Notes under the pieces: model-generated
The model's input: the letters and a program-made list of their open reading frames with translations, nothing else
Databases searched by the model: none
What the model was told of the DNA's origin: nothing
Origin: Burkholderiales bacterium
GTDB taxonomy: Bacteria; Pseudomonadota; Gammaproteobacteria; Burkholderiales; SG8-41
Length of the DNA stretch: 64,000 nt
Assembly (NCBI GenBank): GCA_019751125.1
Contig: JAIENU010000011.1
Location: 291 to 64,290, forward strand
Reading direction: 5' to 3'
Part shown: positions 9,437 to 19,194 of the stretch, piece after piece
Layout: each line of letters begins with the position of its first letter
How positions within the stretch are numbered: the stretch's first letter is position 1
Position numbers and translations under genes: made by a program

Positions 9437-10456
9437 ATGGGCCATTTGAGCATCATTCTTGCGCGGGTCTTGCAGGCGGCGCCGACGCTGTTCGGCATCG
9501 TCGTGGTGACTTTCCTGCTCACCCGCGCGCTGCCCGGCGACCCGGCGGCGTACTTTGCCGGAGCCTCGGCGACGCCGGAGTCGATTGCCGAGATCCGCGC
9601 CCAGCTCGGCACCGACCAGCCGCTGCCGGTGCAGTTTGTGCGCTACCTGAAGGACCTCGCCGGCGGCAACCTCGGCCAGTCGGTGTCCACCGGCCAGCCG
9701 GTGGCCGACGAGCTGCTGCGCCGGCTGCCGGCCTCGCTGGAGCTGACGCTGTCGGCGCTGCTGCTGTCGGTGAGCATTGCGATTCCGCTGGGCGTGCTTG
9801 CCGCGGTGCGACAGGACAGCTGGGTTGATCAGCTGTGCCGCTTCGTCGTCACCGCCGGCGTCAGCCTGCCGACCTTTTTCACCGGGCTGCTGCTGGTCTA
9901 TGTGTTCTATTTCCTGCTCGGCTGGGCGCCGGCGCCGCTGGGCCGGCTCGACATGCTGCACATCACGCCGCCGCCGGTGACCGGCTTTCTGGTCATCGAC
10001 AGCCTGATCGCGCGCGAATGGAGCACCGCCTGGTCGGCGCTGAAGCAGCTGCTGCTGCCGTCGATCACGCTGGCACTGTTCACGCTGGCGCCGATCGCGC
10101 GCATGACCCGGGCCGCGATGCTGCAGGCGCTGGCTTCCGAATACCTGCGCACCGCGCGCGCTGCCGGCCTGTCGAGCAGCCGCGTGCTGATGGTCTATGC
10201 CTTCCGCAACGCGCTGCTGCCGGTGGTGACCACGCTGGGCATGGTGTTCTCGTTCACCCTCGGCGCCAATGTGCTGGTTGAAAAAGTGTTTGCCTGGCCC
10301 GGCATCGGCTCCTTCGCGATCGAGGCGCTGGTGGTGTCCGACTACGCCGCGGTGCAGGGCTTCGTGCTGTCGATGGCGGTGCTGTTCGTGCTGCTGAACC
10401 TGGTCATCGACACCCTCTACACGCTGATCGATCCGCGCGTGCGGATCGAAGGTTGA
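9437..10456 (+). CDS. ABC transporter permease (DppB-like)
   Basis: 339-aa multi-TM protein. The N-terminus RVLQAAPTLFGIVVVTFLLTRALPGDP is typical of DppB/OppB permeases. Confidence 0.9.
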   Translation: MGHLSIILARVLQAAPTLFGIVVVTFLLTRALPGDPAAYFAGASATPESIAEIRAQLGTDQPLPVQFVRYLKDLAGGNLGQSVSTGQPVADELLRRLPASLELTLSALLLSVSIAIPLGVLAAVRQDSWVDQLCRFVVTAGVSLPTFFTGLLLVYVFYFLLGWAPAPLGRLDMLHITPPPVTGFLVIDSLIAREWSTAWSALKQLLLPSITLALFTLAPIARMTRAAMLQALASEYLRTARAAGLSSSRVLMVYAFRNALLPVVTTLGMVFSFTLGANVLVEKVFAWPGIGSFAIEALVVSDYAAVQGFVLSMAVLFVLLNLVIDTLYTLIDPRVRIEG

Positions 10457-10472
10457 AGGCGGAGGACCCAAC

Positions 10473-11369
10473 ATGACCGACATCACCGTCAACACGCTGG
10501 CCGCCGCACCCCGCAGCAGCGCCTGGAGCCGCGGCTACGCCCACTTCCGTTATGTGATGACTTCCAATCCGGTGACGCTGCTCGCTTTCGTCATGCTCGC
10601 CGCGATGATCCTGATTGCCGTGTTCGGCCCCTTGCTGGTGCCGCACGACCCCCTTGCCACCGCCGCCGACAAGGCACTCAAGCCGCCGAGCCTGCAACAC
10701 TGGTTTGGCACAGACCAGCTGGGCCGTGACGTGTTTTCCCGCGTCATCGTTGCCACGCGGCTTGATCTGCTGATTTCCGTGTCGGCGGTGGCTCTTTCAT
10801 TTTTTGTCGGCGTCGCGATGGGTGCCTGCGCCGGTTACTGGGGCGGCTGGTTCGACAAGCTCTCCGGGCGGCTGCTTGACACCATCATGGCCTTTCCGCT
10901 GTTCGTGCTGGCGATGGGCATCGTTGCGGCGGCGGGCAACACCATCCAGAACATCGTCATCGCCACCGCGATCATCAACCTGCCGTTCTACGCGCGTGTT
11001 GCACGTGCCGAGGTGTCGATCCGCCGCAATGCCGGCTTCGTGCAGGCGGCTCGGCTGTCCGGCAACACCGAGCTGCGCATCCTGATTGAAAAAATCCTGC
11101 CCAACACGCTGCCGCCGATGATGGTGCAGCTGTCGCTGAACATGGGCTGGGCGATCCTTAATGCCGCCGGCCTGTCCTTCATCGGCCTCGGCGTGCGGCC
11201 GCCGACGGCGGAGTGGGGAATCATGGTGGCCGAGGGCGCCAACTACATCGTTTCCGGCGAATGGTGGCTCGCGCTGTTTCCGGGCGCGGCGCTGATGCTT
11301 GCGGTGTTCACCTTCAACCTGCTCGGCGACGGCCTGCGTGACCTCGTCGATCCGCAGAGGCGCACATGA
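10473..11369 (+). CDS. ABC transporter permease (DppC-like)
   Basis: 298-aa multi-TM protein. HWFGTDQLGRDVFSRV is typical of DppC/OppC permeases. Confidence 0.9.
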   Translation: MTDITVNTLAAAPRSSAWSRGYAHFRYVMTSNPVTLLAFVMLAAMILIAVFGPLLVPHDPLATAADKALKPPSLQHWFGTDQLGRDVFSRVIVATRLDLLISVSAVALSFFVGVAMGACAGYWGGWFDKLSGRLLDTIMAFPLFVLAMGIVAAAGNTIQNIVIATAIINLPFYARVARAEVSIRRNAGFVQAARLSGNTELRILIEKILPNTLPPMMVQLSLNMGWAILNAAGLSFIGLGVRPPTAEWGIMVAEGANYIVSGEWWLALFPGAALMLAVFTFNLLGDGLRDLVDPQRRT

Positions 11370-13111
11370 GCACACATTTGCATAACCAGCTGCATAATCC
11401 GTCGCTGCTGGCGGTGCGCGACCTCTGCGTTGAATTCGCCACACGCAAGGGCCCGGTCACCGCGGTGCGCGCGGTCAACCTGCAGGTGGCCAAGGGCGAG
11501 ACGCTGGGCATCGTCGGCGAATCAGGCTCCGGCAAGTCGGTGACATCCTATGCGGTGATGCGCATCCTCGACCGCGCCGGGCGCATTGTCTCGGGTGGCA
11601 TCGAATTCGGCGGCATGCAGCTGCACGGCGCGGACGAAGCGACAATGAGCGACCTGCGCGGCCGCGAAATCTCGATGATTTTCCAGAACCCGCGCGCCGC
11701 GCTGAATCCGATCCGTCCGGTCGGCAAGCAGATCGAGGACGTGCTGATCCGCCACGCCCAGGCCACCCATGACCAGGCGAAGGCCAAGGCGATCGAGGCG
11801 CTGGAAAAGGTGCGCATCCGCGATGCTGCCAAGCGCTATCACGCCTATCCCTTTGAACTATCGGGCGGCATGTGCCAGCGCGTGGTGATCGCGATTGCGC
11901 TGGCCTGCCGGCCGCAGCTGCTGATTGCCGACGAGCCGACCACCGGGCTTGATGTCACCACGCAGAAGGCGGTGATGGAACTGGTGCGCGAGCTGACGCG
12001 TTCCGAAGGCATGTCGACGCTGCTGATCACCCACGACCTCGGCCTCGCCGGCGAATACTGCGACCGCATCGTCGTCATGGAAAAGGGCGAGGTGGTCGAG
12101 CAGCAGGACACCAAGGGCCTGTTCACCGCGCCGGCGCATCCCTATACCCGGCGCCTGATCCGTTCCACGCCGCATTCGGCGGCGACCATCCGTGACCTGT
12201 TGCCGGATGATTTGCGCACGCCGCTGCCGCCGGCCGTGGCGGTGTCGGAAGAACCGCTGCTGGAGGTGAAGGATCTGGTCAAGGTGTTCGAAGCACCATC
12301 CTCGTTCATCCAGCGCCTGCGCGGCCGGCGCGAGTCCGGTTACCGCGCAGTGGACGGGATCAGTTTCAGCATCGCGCGCGGCGAGAGTGTCGGCCTGGTC
12401 GGTGAATCGGGCTGCGGCAAATCGACGACCTCGGCGATGGTGATGCGGCTGCTCGATTCGAGCTCGGGCAGCATCCGCTTCAAGGGCCATGAGCTGACTG
12501 CGGTGTCGGCGGCGCAATTCGCGCGCACGCCGCAGCGCCGCGAACTGCAGATGGTCTTCCAGGACCCGCATGAAAGTCTGAACCCGCGCGCCACCGCGGC
12601 GCAGTCGATTGCCGATCCGCTGCGCCGGCTCGAAGGCATGACCGACGGCGCGGCGATCCGTGCCCGTGTCGAGGAACTCGCCGCGCAGGTCGGCCTGCCG
12701 CTGGAACTGCTCGACCGCCTGCCGCACCAGCTCTCCGGCGGGCAGAAGGCGCGTGTCGGCATCGCCCGCGCGATATCCACCAAACCGGAATTGCTGATTC
12801 TCGATGAGCCGACGGCCGCGCTGGATGTGTCGGTGCAGGCGGTGGTGCTCAACCTGCTGGCCGACCTCAAAGCGCAGTCCGGCATGAGTTATCTGTTTGT
12901 CAGCCACGACCTCGAGGTGGTGCGCCTGCTTTGCGACCGCGTGATCGTGATGCGCGCCGGCAGCATCGTCGAAGAAGGGCCTACAGCGCAGGTGCTGTCG
13001 AATCCGCAGGCTGAATACACCCGCGAGCTGCTGTCAGCGATTCCGCGTCCGGCGCATCTGCCGGGGCATGGCGCGCAGGCAGCCCTTGTGGTGGGCGCGG
13101 GAGCGGCATGA
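11366..13111 (+). CDS. Fused double ATP-binding protein of the peptide-type ABC transporter (DppD/DppF fusion)
   Basis: Two Walker A motifs (GESGSGKS, GESGCGKS) and two LSGG signatures. ATGA start-stop overlap with the upstream permease. Confidence 0.9.
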   Translation: MSTHLHNQLHNPSLLAVRDLCVEFATRKGPVTAVRAVNLQVAKGETLGIVGESGSGKSVTSYAVMRILDRAGRIVSGGIEFGGMQLHGADEATMSDLRGREISMIFQNPRAALNPIRPVGKQIEDVLIRHAQATHDQAKAKAIEALEKVRIRDAAKRYHAYPFELSGGMCQRVVIAIALACRPQLLIADEPTTGLDVTTQKAVMELVRELTRSEGMSTLLITHDLGLAGEYCDRIVVMEKGEVVEQQDTKGLFTAPAHPYTRRLIRSTPHSAATIRDLLPDDLRTPLPPAVAVSEEPLLEVKDLVKVFEAPSSFIQRLRGRRESGYRAVDGISFSIARGESVGLVGESGCGKSTTSAMVMRLLDSSSGSIRFKGHELTAVSAAQFARTPQRRELQMVFQDPHESLNPRATAAQSIADPLRRLEGMTDGAAIRARVEELAAQVGLPLELLDRLPHQLSGGQKARVGIARAISTKPELLILDEPTAALDVSVQAVVLNLLADLKAQSGMSYLFVSHDLEVVRLLCDRVIVMRAGSIVEEGPTAQVLSNPQAEYTRELLSAIPRPAHLPGHGAQAALVVGAGAA

Positions 13112-14925
13112 GCACGATGCTGACGGTTTCGGAATGGCGGGCGGCGGCACTGGCCGATCGTGAATCTGCCGCTGCTGCATTACGCACACGCCGGCAGCTG
13201 CTGGCACAGGGTGGTGATCCGGCGTGGATCTGCATCGCCAGCGAAGAACAGCTTGAGGACCAGCTCGCGCGCCTGGCGCAGCTCGATCCGGTGGCCTGTC
13301 CGCTCTACGGCGTGCCTTTTGCGGTCAAGGACAACATCGATGTGTCCGGCTGGACCACCACCGCGGCCTGTCCTGAATTCGCCAACGTCGCGAACAAGAC
13401 TGCGCAGGTGGTCAATGCGCTGATGGCTGCTGGCGCGGTGCTGCTTGGCAAGACCAATCTCGACCAGTTCGCCACCGGGCTGGTCGGCACCCGTTCGCCC
13501 TATGGCGCGGTGCCCAACACCTTCAGCACCGCGCATGTCAGCGGCGGTTCCAGTTCAGGCTCGGCCAGCGTGGTCGCGCGCGGTCTGGTCGCTTTTGCGC
13601 TGGGCACCGACACCGCAGGTTCAGGGCGGGTGCCCGCGGGTTTCAACAACCTCATCGGCCTGAAACCGACCCCGGGCGCGGTCAGCACCGCCGGCGTGGT
13701 GCCGGCCTGCCGTTCTCTGGACTGCGTGTCGCTGCTGACACTGACCGCGGCCGATGCCGCGGCGGTGTATGCGGTGATGGCGGGTGCTGGCGCACCGGGT
13801 GCCGAAGAGCCGCGTTTCCACCAGCCGCCGCCGCCGCGTTTTGCCTTGCCCGCGGCTTTGCGCGTCGGTTTGCCGCGTGAGCCGTTTTTTGTCAGCGGCG
13901 CCTACCGCTCTATGTTTGAGCGCGCCTGCCGCCACCTCGACGGCCTGGGCTGGACCCACGGCGATTTTGATCTTGCGCCATTCACTGCGGTGGCCGAACT
14001 GCTGTATCAGGGGCCGTGGACCGCCGAACGTTACGCGGTGGCCGGGGCTTGCATCGAGCGTGGCGGTGCCGGCATCGACGCCACCGTGGCGCAGGTGATC
14101 GGCGCCGGCCGCGGTTACAGCGCAGTGGATGCCTTCAACGGCCTGTATCGTGTGCGCGAGCTGCAGGCGATGACGCAGGCGGTGTGGTCACGCTTTGATG
14201 TGCTGATGGTGCCGACGGCGCCCAACCTGCCGACACTGGCCGATGTCGCAGCGGCGCCGATCGTGCGCAACAGCGAACTCGGCACCTATACCAATTTCGT
14301 CAATCTGCTCGGGCTGTCGGCGGTGGCGCTGCCCTTCGGTTTCACGCCCGAAGGCCTGCCCTTCGGCGTGACCTTCATTGCCCGGGGTGGATATGACTGG
14401 GCGCTCGCCGAACTCGCTGCGCAATGGCAGCAACGGTTGCAGCTGCCGCTGGGTGCGAAGCTGCGCGGGCTGGCAGAGGCGGATGCGGTGATCACAGCGA
14501 CACCACCGGCTTCGCTGCCGCTGGCCGTGGTCGGCGCCCACCTCTCGGGCATGCCGCTGCACCACCAGCTGACCGAGCGCGGCGCCAGGCTGCGTGCGGC
14601 GACATTCACCGCGCCGCATTACCGCCTGCATGCATTGAAGAATACCCAGCCGGCCAAGCCCGGCCTGGTGCGTGTGTCCCAAGGCGCAATGCAGGGCGCG
14701 GCGATCGCGGTGGAGGTGTACGATATGCCGATGGACACTTTCGGATCCTTTCTCGCCGGCATTGCGCCGCCGCTGGGACTGGGTAGCATCGAACTGGGCG
14801 ATGGAAGCTGGGTCAACGGCTTCATCTGCGAACCCCGGGCGCTGGATGGCGCCGAGGACATCACGGCCTGGGGCGGCTGGCGCAGTTACATCGACGGCCG
14901 CAGCCGCCAGCGCGTGGCGTCATGA
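13108..14925 (+). CDS. Allophanate hydrolase-like amidase (amidase-signature domain plus C-terminal AtzF-type domain)
   Basis: 605 aa with the amidase signature GGSSSGSASVVA. The length and C-terminal extension fit the allophanate hydrolase architecture. ATGA overlap with the ATPase gene. Confidence 0.75.
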   Translation: MSTMLTVSEWRAAALADRESAAAALRTRRQLLAQGGDPAWICIASEEQLEDQLARLAQLDPVACPLYGVPFAVKDNIDVSGWTTTAACPEFANVANKTAQVVNALMAAGAVLLGKTNLDQFATGLVGTRSPYGAVPNTFSTAHVSGGSSSGSASVVARGLVAFALGTDTAGSGRVPAGFNNLIGLKPTPGAVSTAGVVPACRSLDCVSLLTLTAADAAAVYAVMAGAGAPGAEEPRFHQPPPPRFALPAALRVGLPREPFFVSGAYRSMFERACRHLDGLGWTHGDFDLAPFTAVAELLYQGPWTAERYAVAGACIERGGAGIDATVAQVIGAGRGYSAVDAFNGLYRVRELQAMTQAVWSRFDVLMVPTAPNLPTLADVAAAPIVRNSELGTYTNFVNLLGLSAVALPFGFTPEGLPFGVTFIARGGYDWALAELAAQWQQRLQLPLGAKLRGLAEADAVITATPPASLPLAVVGAHLSGMPLHHQLTERGARLRAATFTAPHYRLHALKNTQPAKPGLVRVSQGAMQGAAIAVEVYDMPMDTFGSFLAGIAPPLGLGSIELGDGSWVNGFICEPRALDGAEDITAWGGWRSYIDGRSRQRVAS

Positions 14926-15653
14926 GCAAGGTGGTCAATATCAGCAAGGCCGGCGAAGAAGAGGGCAGCCTTGCCGAGCAGGCTTATGCGCGGATCAAGA
15001 GGCGCATTTTCGATTTCGACCTGATGCCCGGCGACCGCCTGTCCGAATCCGAGCTCGCCGAGCAGATCAAGGTCAGCCGCACCCCCCTGCGCCAGGCCCT
15101 GCAGCGCCTGCAGCATGAGGGCTTTGTCGAGGCGATTCCCAAGGTCGGCTGGCTGGTGCCGCCGCTGTCCTTCGACAAGTTCGATGCGCTGTACGACTTC
15201 CGCGTGCTGATCGAATGTTTCGCGGTGCGCGAGCTGTGCGCCGACGCCGAGGAGCGGCCCGAACTCGCGGCACTGGCGGCGGTATGGCATGTGCCGGAAA
15301 CGGAGCGCCTGAGTGATCCGGTGGAGGTTGGCGCGCTGGACGAAGCCTTTCACCTCGCCATTGTCGAATCCACCGGCAATCCCGAGATGCTGCGCACCTA
15401 CCGCGAGATCACCGAGCGCGTGCGCATCATCCGCCGCCTCGATTTCACCATCACCGACCGCGTCGCCGCGACCTATGCCGAACACGGCAAGATCCTCACC
15501 GCGATCCAGCGCCGCCGTGTCGACGAGGCGCAGCGCCTGCTTGCTGCGCACATCGAGCAGAGCAAGCTTGAGGTGCGCAAGATCACGCTCGACACCCTGT
15601 ATCAGGCGCGCAGCCGCAACCGTGCCGCGCGCGAGGACGGCCGCGGCGCCTGA
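14922..15653 (+). CDS. GntR-family transcriptional regulator (FadR/FCD subfamily)
   Basis: wHTH segment PGDRLSESELAEQIKVSRTPLRQALQRLQHEGFVEAIPKVGWLV followed by a helical FCD-like C-terminus. ATGA overlap with the upstream gene. Confidence 0.85.
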   Translation: MSKVVNISKAGEEEGSLAEQAYARIKRRIFDFDLMPGDRLSESELAEQIKVSRTPLRQALQRLQHEGFVEAIPKVGWLVPPLSFDKFDALYDFRVLIECFAVRELCADAEERPELAALAAVWHVPETERLSDPVEVGALDEAFHLAIVESTGNPEMLRTYREITERVRIIRRLDFTITDRVAATYAEHGKILTAIQRRRVDEAQRLLAAHIEQSKLEVRKITLDTLYQARSRNRAAREDGRGA

Positions 15654-15757
15654 GTATCAGCCGGGCTTTTGCCGCAGGCGTTCCACATGCCGGAGCCGCG
15701 CAGGGTCCGGACGCAGGCTTGGTGTAACATCGAATTCATTCCCCCGGAGGTTCCCGC

Positions 15758-16753
15758 ATGAACGCGAAGTTTTCCGTTGGTGTCGCCGCTGCATTCACCT
15801 TTTTTTCCGGTCTGGCTGCGGCCCAGGATAAAGCCGCCCAGGACAAGGCTGCTGCGGCGTATCCGAACAAGCCGATCCGCATGATCGTGCCCTTCGCCCC
15901 CGGTGGCGGGCTCGACATCAGCACGCGGCTGATCGGGCAGAAGCTGACCGAGAAGTGGGGGCAGAGCGTTGTGGTGGATACCCGTCCCGGCGCGGCGACC
16001 ATCGTCGGTACCGAGATCGCGTCGAAGGCCGCGCCCGACGGCTACACCATGCTGATGATCACCACCACCTTCGCCATCAACCCCAGCCTCTACGCCAAGC
16101 TGCCGTACAACCCGCTGAAGGATTTCACGCCGGTGACGCAGCTCAATTCGCAGCCGAACATTGTTGTCGTCAACGCCTCGCTGCCGGTGTCTTCGGTCAA
16201 GGACCTGATCGCGATGGCCAAGGGCAAACCCGGCGAGCTGACCTTTGCCACGCCGGGTGCTGGTTCCGCGCCGCATCTGTCGGCGGAACTGTTCCAGCGC
16301 ACCGCCGGCATCCAGATGATCCACGTGCCGTACAAGGGCATCCCGCCGGCGATCACCGACCTGATCGGCGGCCGCATCTCGATGCTGTTCACCACCACCA
16401 TCTCCGCCGTGCCGCACATCAAGGCGGGCAAGGTGAAGGGGCTCGCGATCACCAGCGCCAAGCGCCTCGATTCGATGCCCGAGGTGCCGACCATCGGCGA
16501 AACGCTGAAGGGTTATTCCGCCGAGGCATTTCAGGGCATGGTCGCGCCGGCCGGTGTGCCGCGTCCCATCGTCGACAAACTCGCGCGCGAAGTCATCGCC
16601 GCGCTGCAGACGCCGGACCTGGTCAAGGCCTTTGCGGCTTCGGGCGCCGTGGCCGTGGGCAGCACACCGGCGGAATTCAACACCTTCCTCAACAGCGAGA
16701 TGGCGAAGTGGGGCAAGGTGATCAAGGAAGCCAACATCAAGCTTGAGCAGTAG
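15758..16753 (+). CDS. Bug/TctC-family substrate-binding protein
   Basis: Signal peptide followed by AYPNKPIRMIVPFAPGGGLD. Contains a small AAQDK x2 repeat after the signal peptide. Confidence 0.9.
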   Translation: MNAKFSVGVAAAFTFFSGLAAAQDKAAQDKAAAAYPNKPIRMIVPFAPGGGLDISTRLIGQKLTEKWGQSVVVDTRPGAATIVGTEIASKAAPDGYTMLMITTTFAINPSLYAKLPYNPLKDFTPVTQLNSQPNIVVVNASLPVSSVKDLIAMAKGKPGELTFATPGAGSAPHLSAELFQRTAGIQMIHVPYKGIPPAITDLIGGRISMLFTTTISAVPHIKAGKVKGLAITSAKRLDSMPEVPTIGETLKGYSAEAFQGMVAPAGVPRPIVDKLAREVIAALQTPDLVKAFAASGAVAVGSTPAEFNTFLNSEMAKWGKVIKEANIKLEQ

Positions 16754-16764
16754 GCAGCAACAAG

Positions 16765-16795
16765 AATAAATATCGTTTAAAAACAAATACTTAGG
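16765..16795 (+). repeat. AT-rich intergenic element (core AAAAACAA), copy b
   Basis: The sequence is aataaatatcgtttAAAAACAAatacttagg, with the core at 16779-16786. It lies between the Bug stop and the tautomerase SD. Confidence 0.5.
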
Positions 16796-16802
16796 AGATT
16801 TT

Positions 16803-16991
16803 ATGCCGTTCGCCCAACTTTACGTCGCCGAAGGCCGCACCCCGGAACAGAAAAAAGTGCTGATCGAGAAAGTCACCCAGGCTTTTGTGGATGCCGTCGG
16901 CGTGAAACCCGAATCGGTGTGGATCACCGTGCAGGACATCCCCAAGAATTCCTGGGGGGTTGGTGGCAAGACACTGGCGGAACGCAGCTAG
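16803..16991 (+). CDS. 4-oxalocrotonate tautomerase family protein
   Basis: 62 aa. The N-terminal MPFAQLYVAEGRT would give the catalytic Pro1 after Met removal. The beta-alpha-beta length is typical, and SD aggag lies upstream. Confidence 0.8.
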   Translation: MPFAQLYVAEGRTPEQKKVLIEKVTQAFVDAVGVKPESVWITVQDIPKNSWGVGGKTLAERS

Positions 16992-17034
16992 TACTGCGGC
17001 ATACAACGACGACGATCCGCAGCAGGAGCACGTG

Positions 17035-18801
17035 ATGGCTGAAAAAAAACGCGCAGTCAAAATGGCGGTGCCGGCGCCGAGCTTCCGGCCGAACATGGTC
17101 GGGCGCAACCACGCCGCATCCGCCGGCCACTACCTCGCGACTCTCGCCGCGATGCGCGTGCTCGACCGCGGCGGCAATGCCGTCGATGCCGGTGTCACCG
17201 CCTCGATGGCGCTGTCGGTGCTGCAGCCGGACATGGTCAGCTTCGCCTGCGTCGCGCCGACGCTGATCTACATGAAAGAGCAGGACAAGGTGGTCAGCCT
17301 GGCCGGGCTCGGCTACTGGCCGAAAAGCACCGATGTCGCGAAGCTGATCGCCGCCGGCAACGGCAAGGCGGTGCCGGAAAACCTGCTGCGCACGGTGATA
17401 CCTGCCGCACCGGCCACCTACATCACCGCGCTGCGCCGCTACGGCACGATCTCGTTTGAAGAAGCGGTAACGCCGGCGATGGGGCTGGCGAAGAATGGTT
17501 TCGCGGTTTATCCGCTGCTGTCCACCAACATCGAATACCTCGAGAACAGCTTCAGGCGCTGGCCCGACAACGAGCGCATCTTCCTGCCCAGGGGCCGCGC
17601 GCCCAGGGTCGGTGAACTGTTCGTGCAGGAAGACCTGGCGAAGACCATGGCGCGGCTGATCCAGGCCGAGCGCGACTGCAAGGGTGACCGCGACAAAAAA
17701 CTCGCCGCGGTACACGACTATTTCTACCGCGGTCCGATTGCGCGCGAGATTTCCGATTACCACGCCGCCAATGGCGGCTTCATGACCTTTGACGACCTCG
17801 CCGCGTTTGAAGTGCCGGTCGAGGACAGCATCAGTGTCAACTACCGTGGCTATACCGTGCACGCCTGCGATGTGTGGTGCCAGGGCATCGTGCTGCTCGA
17901 GTCGCTGAAAATCCTCGAAGGTTATGACCTCGGATCGATGAAGCACAACTCGCCGGACTACGCGCACCTGATTGCGGCGGCGCTGAATCTGTCATTCGCC
18001 GACCGCGAGGCTTATGTCGGTGATCCGAAGTTCGTGAAGGTGCCGCGCGACGCGATGATTTCGGAGGCCTATGCCAGACGACAGCGCGCACGCATCGACA
18101 TGCAGAAGGCCTTCGACCGCCTGCCCGATCCGGGCGACCCCGAAATGACCGGGCGCGTACCGGGCGGCATGACGGCCGGCGCGCTGGCCTCGCCGCATGG
18201 CCTGTCAAGGCTGTCGCAGGACACCATCTACAACTGCGTCGTTGACCGCTGGGGCAACGGCTATTCCGCCACCACCTCCGACAATGCCAGTGAAACCCCG
18301 ATCATCCCCGGCACCGGCCTGGCGATTTCCTCGCGTGGCTGCCAGTCGCGCCTCGAACCCGGCCATCCTTCGGAAGTGAAGCCGGGCAAGCGCCCGCGGC
18401 TGACGCCGAATCCGGCTATGGCGTTCAAGGACGGCAAGCTGTTCATGACCTTCGGCACGCCCGGCGGCGACCAGCAGTCGCAGGGCATGCTGCAGGTTTT
18501 CCTGAATGTCGTGGACCACGGCATGACCGTGCAGCAGGCGGTGGAAGCGCCGCGGGTGTCCTCGCAGAGCTTCCCCAATTCATTCGCGCCGCATGCCTAC
18601 TATCCGGGCCGGCTCAATGTCGAAGAAGACTTCGGCCCGGAAGTCATCGCCGAGCTGCGCCGCCGTGGCCACGATGTCGAAGTCTGGCCGCGTTTCCCGG
18701 CCGCCAATGCCGCGGTGTGCGCGATCAAGATCGACCCCGAAACCGGATTACGCCACGCCGGCGCCGATCCGAGGCGCGAGGGTTACGCGCTGGCGTGGTA
18801 G
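17035..18801 (+). CDS. Gamma-glutamyltransferase family protein (Ntn hydrolase)
   Basis: About 588 aa. Contains AASAGHYLATLAAMRVLDRGGNAVDAGV, a DT-IYNCVVDRWGN autoprocessing-type segment and FGTPGGDQQ. Start set at ATG 17035. Confidence 0.85.
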   Translation: MAEKKRAVKMAVPAPSFRPNMVGRNHAASAGHYLATLAAMRVLDRGGNAVDAGVTASMALSVLQPDMVSFACVAPTLIYMKEQDKVVSLAGLGYWPKSTDVAKLIAAGNGKAVPENLLRTVIPAAPATYITALRRYGTISFEEAVTPAMGLAKNGFAVYPLLSTNIEYLENSFRRWPDNERIFLPRGRAPRVGELFVQEDLAKTMARLIQAERDCKGDRDKKLAAVHDYFYRGPIAREISDYHAANGGFMTFDDLAAFEVPVEDSISVNYRGYTVHACDVWCQGIVLLESLKILEGYDLGSMKHNSPDYAHLIAAALNLSFADREAYVGDPKFVKVPRDAMISEAYARRQRARIDMQKAFDRLPDPGDPEMTGRVPGGMTAGALASPHGLSRLSQDTIYNCVVDRWGNGYSATTSDNASETPIIPGTGLAISSRGCQSRLEPGHPSEVKPGKRPRLTPNPAMAFKDGKLFMTFGTPGGDQQSQGMLQVFLNVVDHGMTVQQAVEAPRVSSQSFPNSFAPHAYYPGRLNVEEDFGPEVIAELRRRGHDVEVWPRFPAANAAVCAIKIDPETGLRHAGADPRREGYALAW

Positions 18802-18825
18802 TGCGTAGCCGCCTCTCTGGATGTC

Positions 18826-18864
18826 GGCTCGCCCCCCGAGGGGACTTTCTCCGGGGCGCACCGG
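18826..18864 (-). repeat. GC-rich REP-like palindromic element, copy 1
   Basis: The reverse complement ccggtgcgccccggagaaagtcccctcggggggcgagcc aligns almost base for base with 21048-21086. Confidence 0.55.
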
Positions 18865-18894
18865 CATGACTTTTTCAGTTGCACGCTGCAACCC

Positions 18895-19104
18895 GTGCCA
18901 AAGTTCATCATGAATGGCGATACCAAACCCGAAGGCGGCTTTGACTACTGGGTCAGCGACGAACAGCTTGCAGCATTCGCCAGGCTGTCGATGATTGAGC
19001 GCCTGCGCTGGGTCGAGGATGCACGGCTGTTTACACTCGCCGGACAAACACCTGAAACCCGCGAGCGGATGGCGCGGCTGCGCCGGGGTGAAACCATAGT
19101 TTGA
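18895..19104 (+). CDS. Small hypothetical protein (69 aa)
   Basis: ORF with a GTG start (alternative ATG 15 nt downstream). The sequence ...DYWVSDEQLAAFARLSMIERLRWVEDARLF looks protein-like, but I cannot name a family. Confidence 0.35.
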   Translation: MPKFIMNGDTKPEGGFDYWVSDEQLAAFARLSMIERLRWVEDARLFTLAGQTPETRERMARLRRGETIV

Positions 19105-19194
19105 GCAGGCGCCTCCGCGTTTTTGCGTTGACAGCCTGTCGCCCCCTCCACACAATGCGCCAGCCCGATGAGGGCTCCATCTGGAGGAGACGAC

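Noticed and set aside
15824-15853. Tandem 15-nt duplication encoding AAQDK-AAQDK after the Bug signal peptide.
   Set aside because: It is a small in-frame duplication in a linker region. It is unlikely to be functionally meaningful, so I only noted it in the feature evidence.
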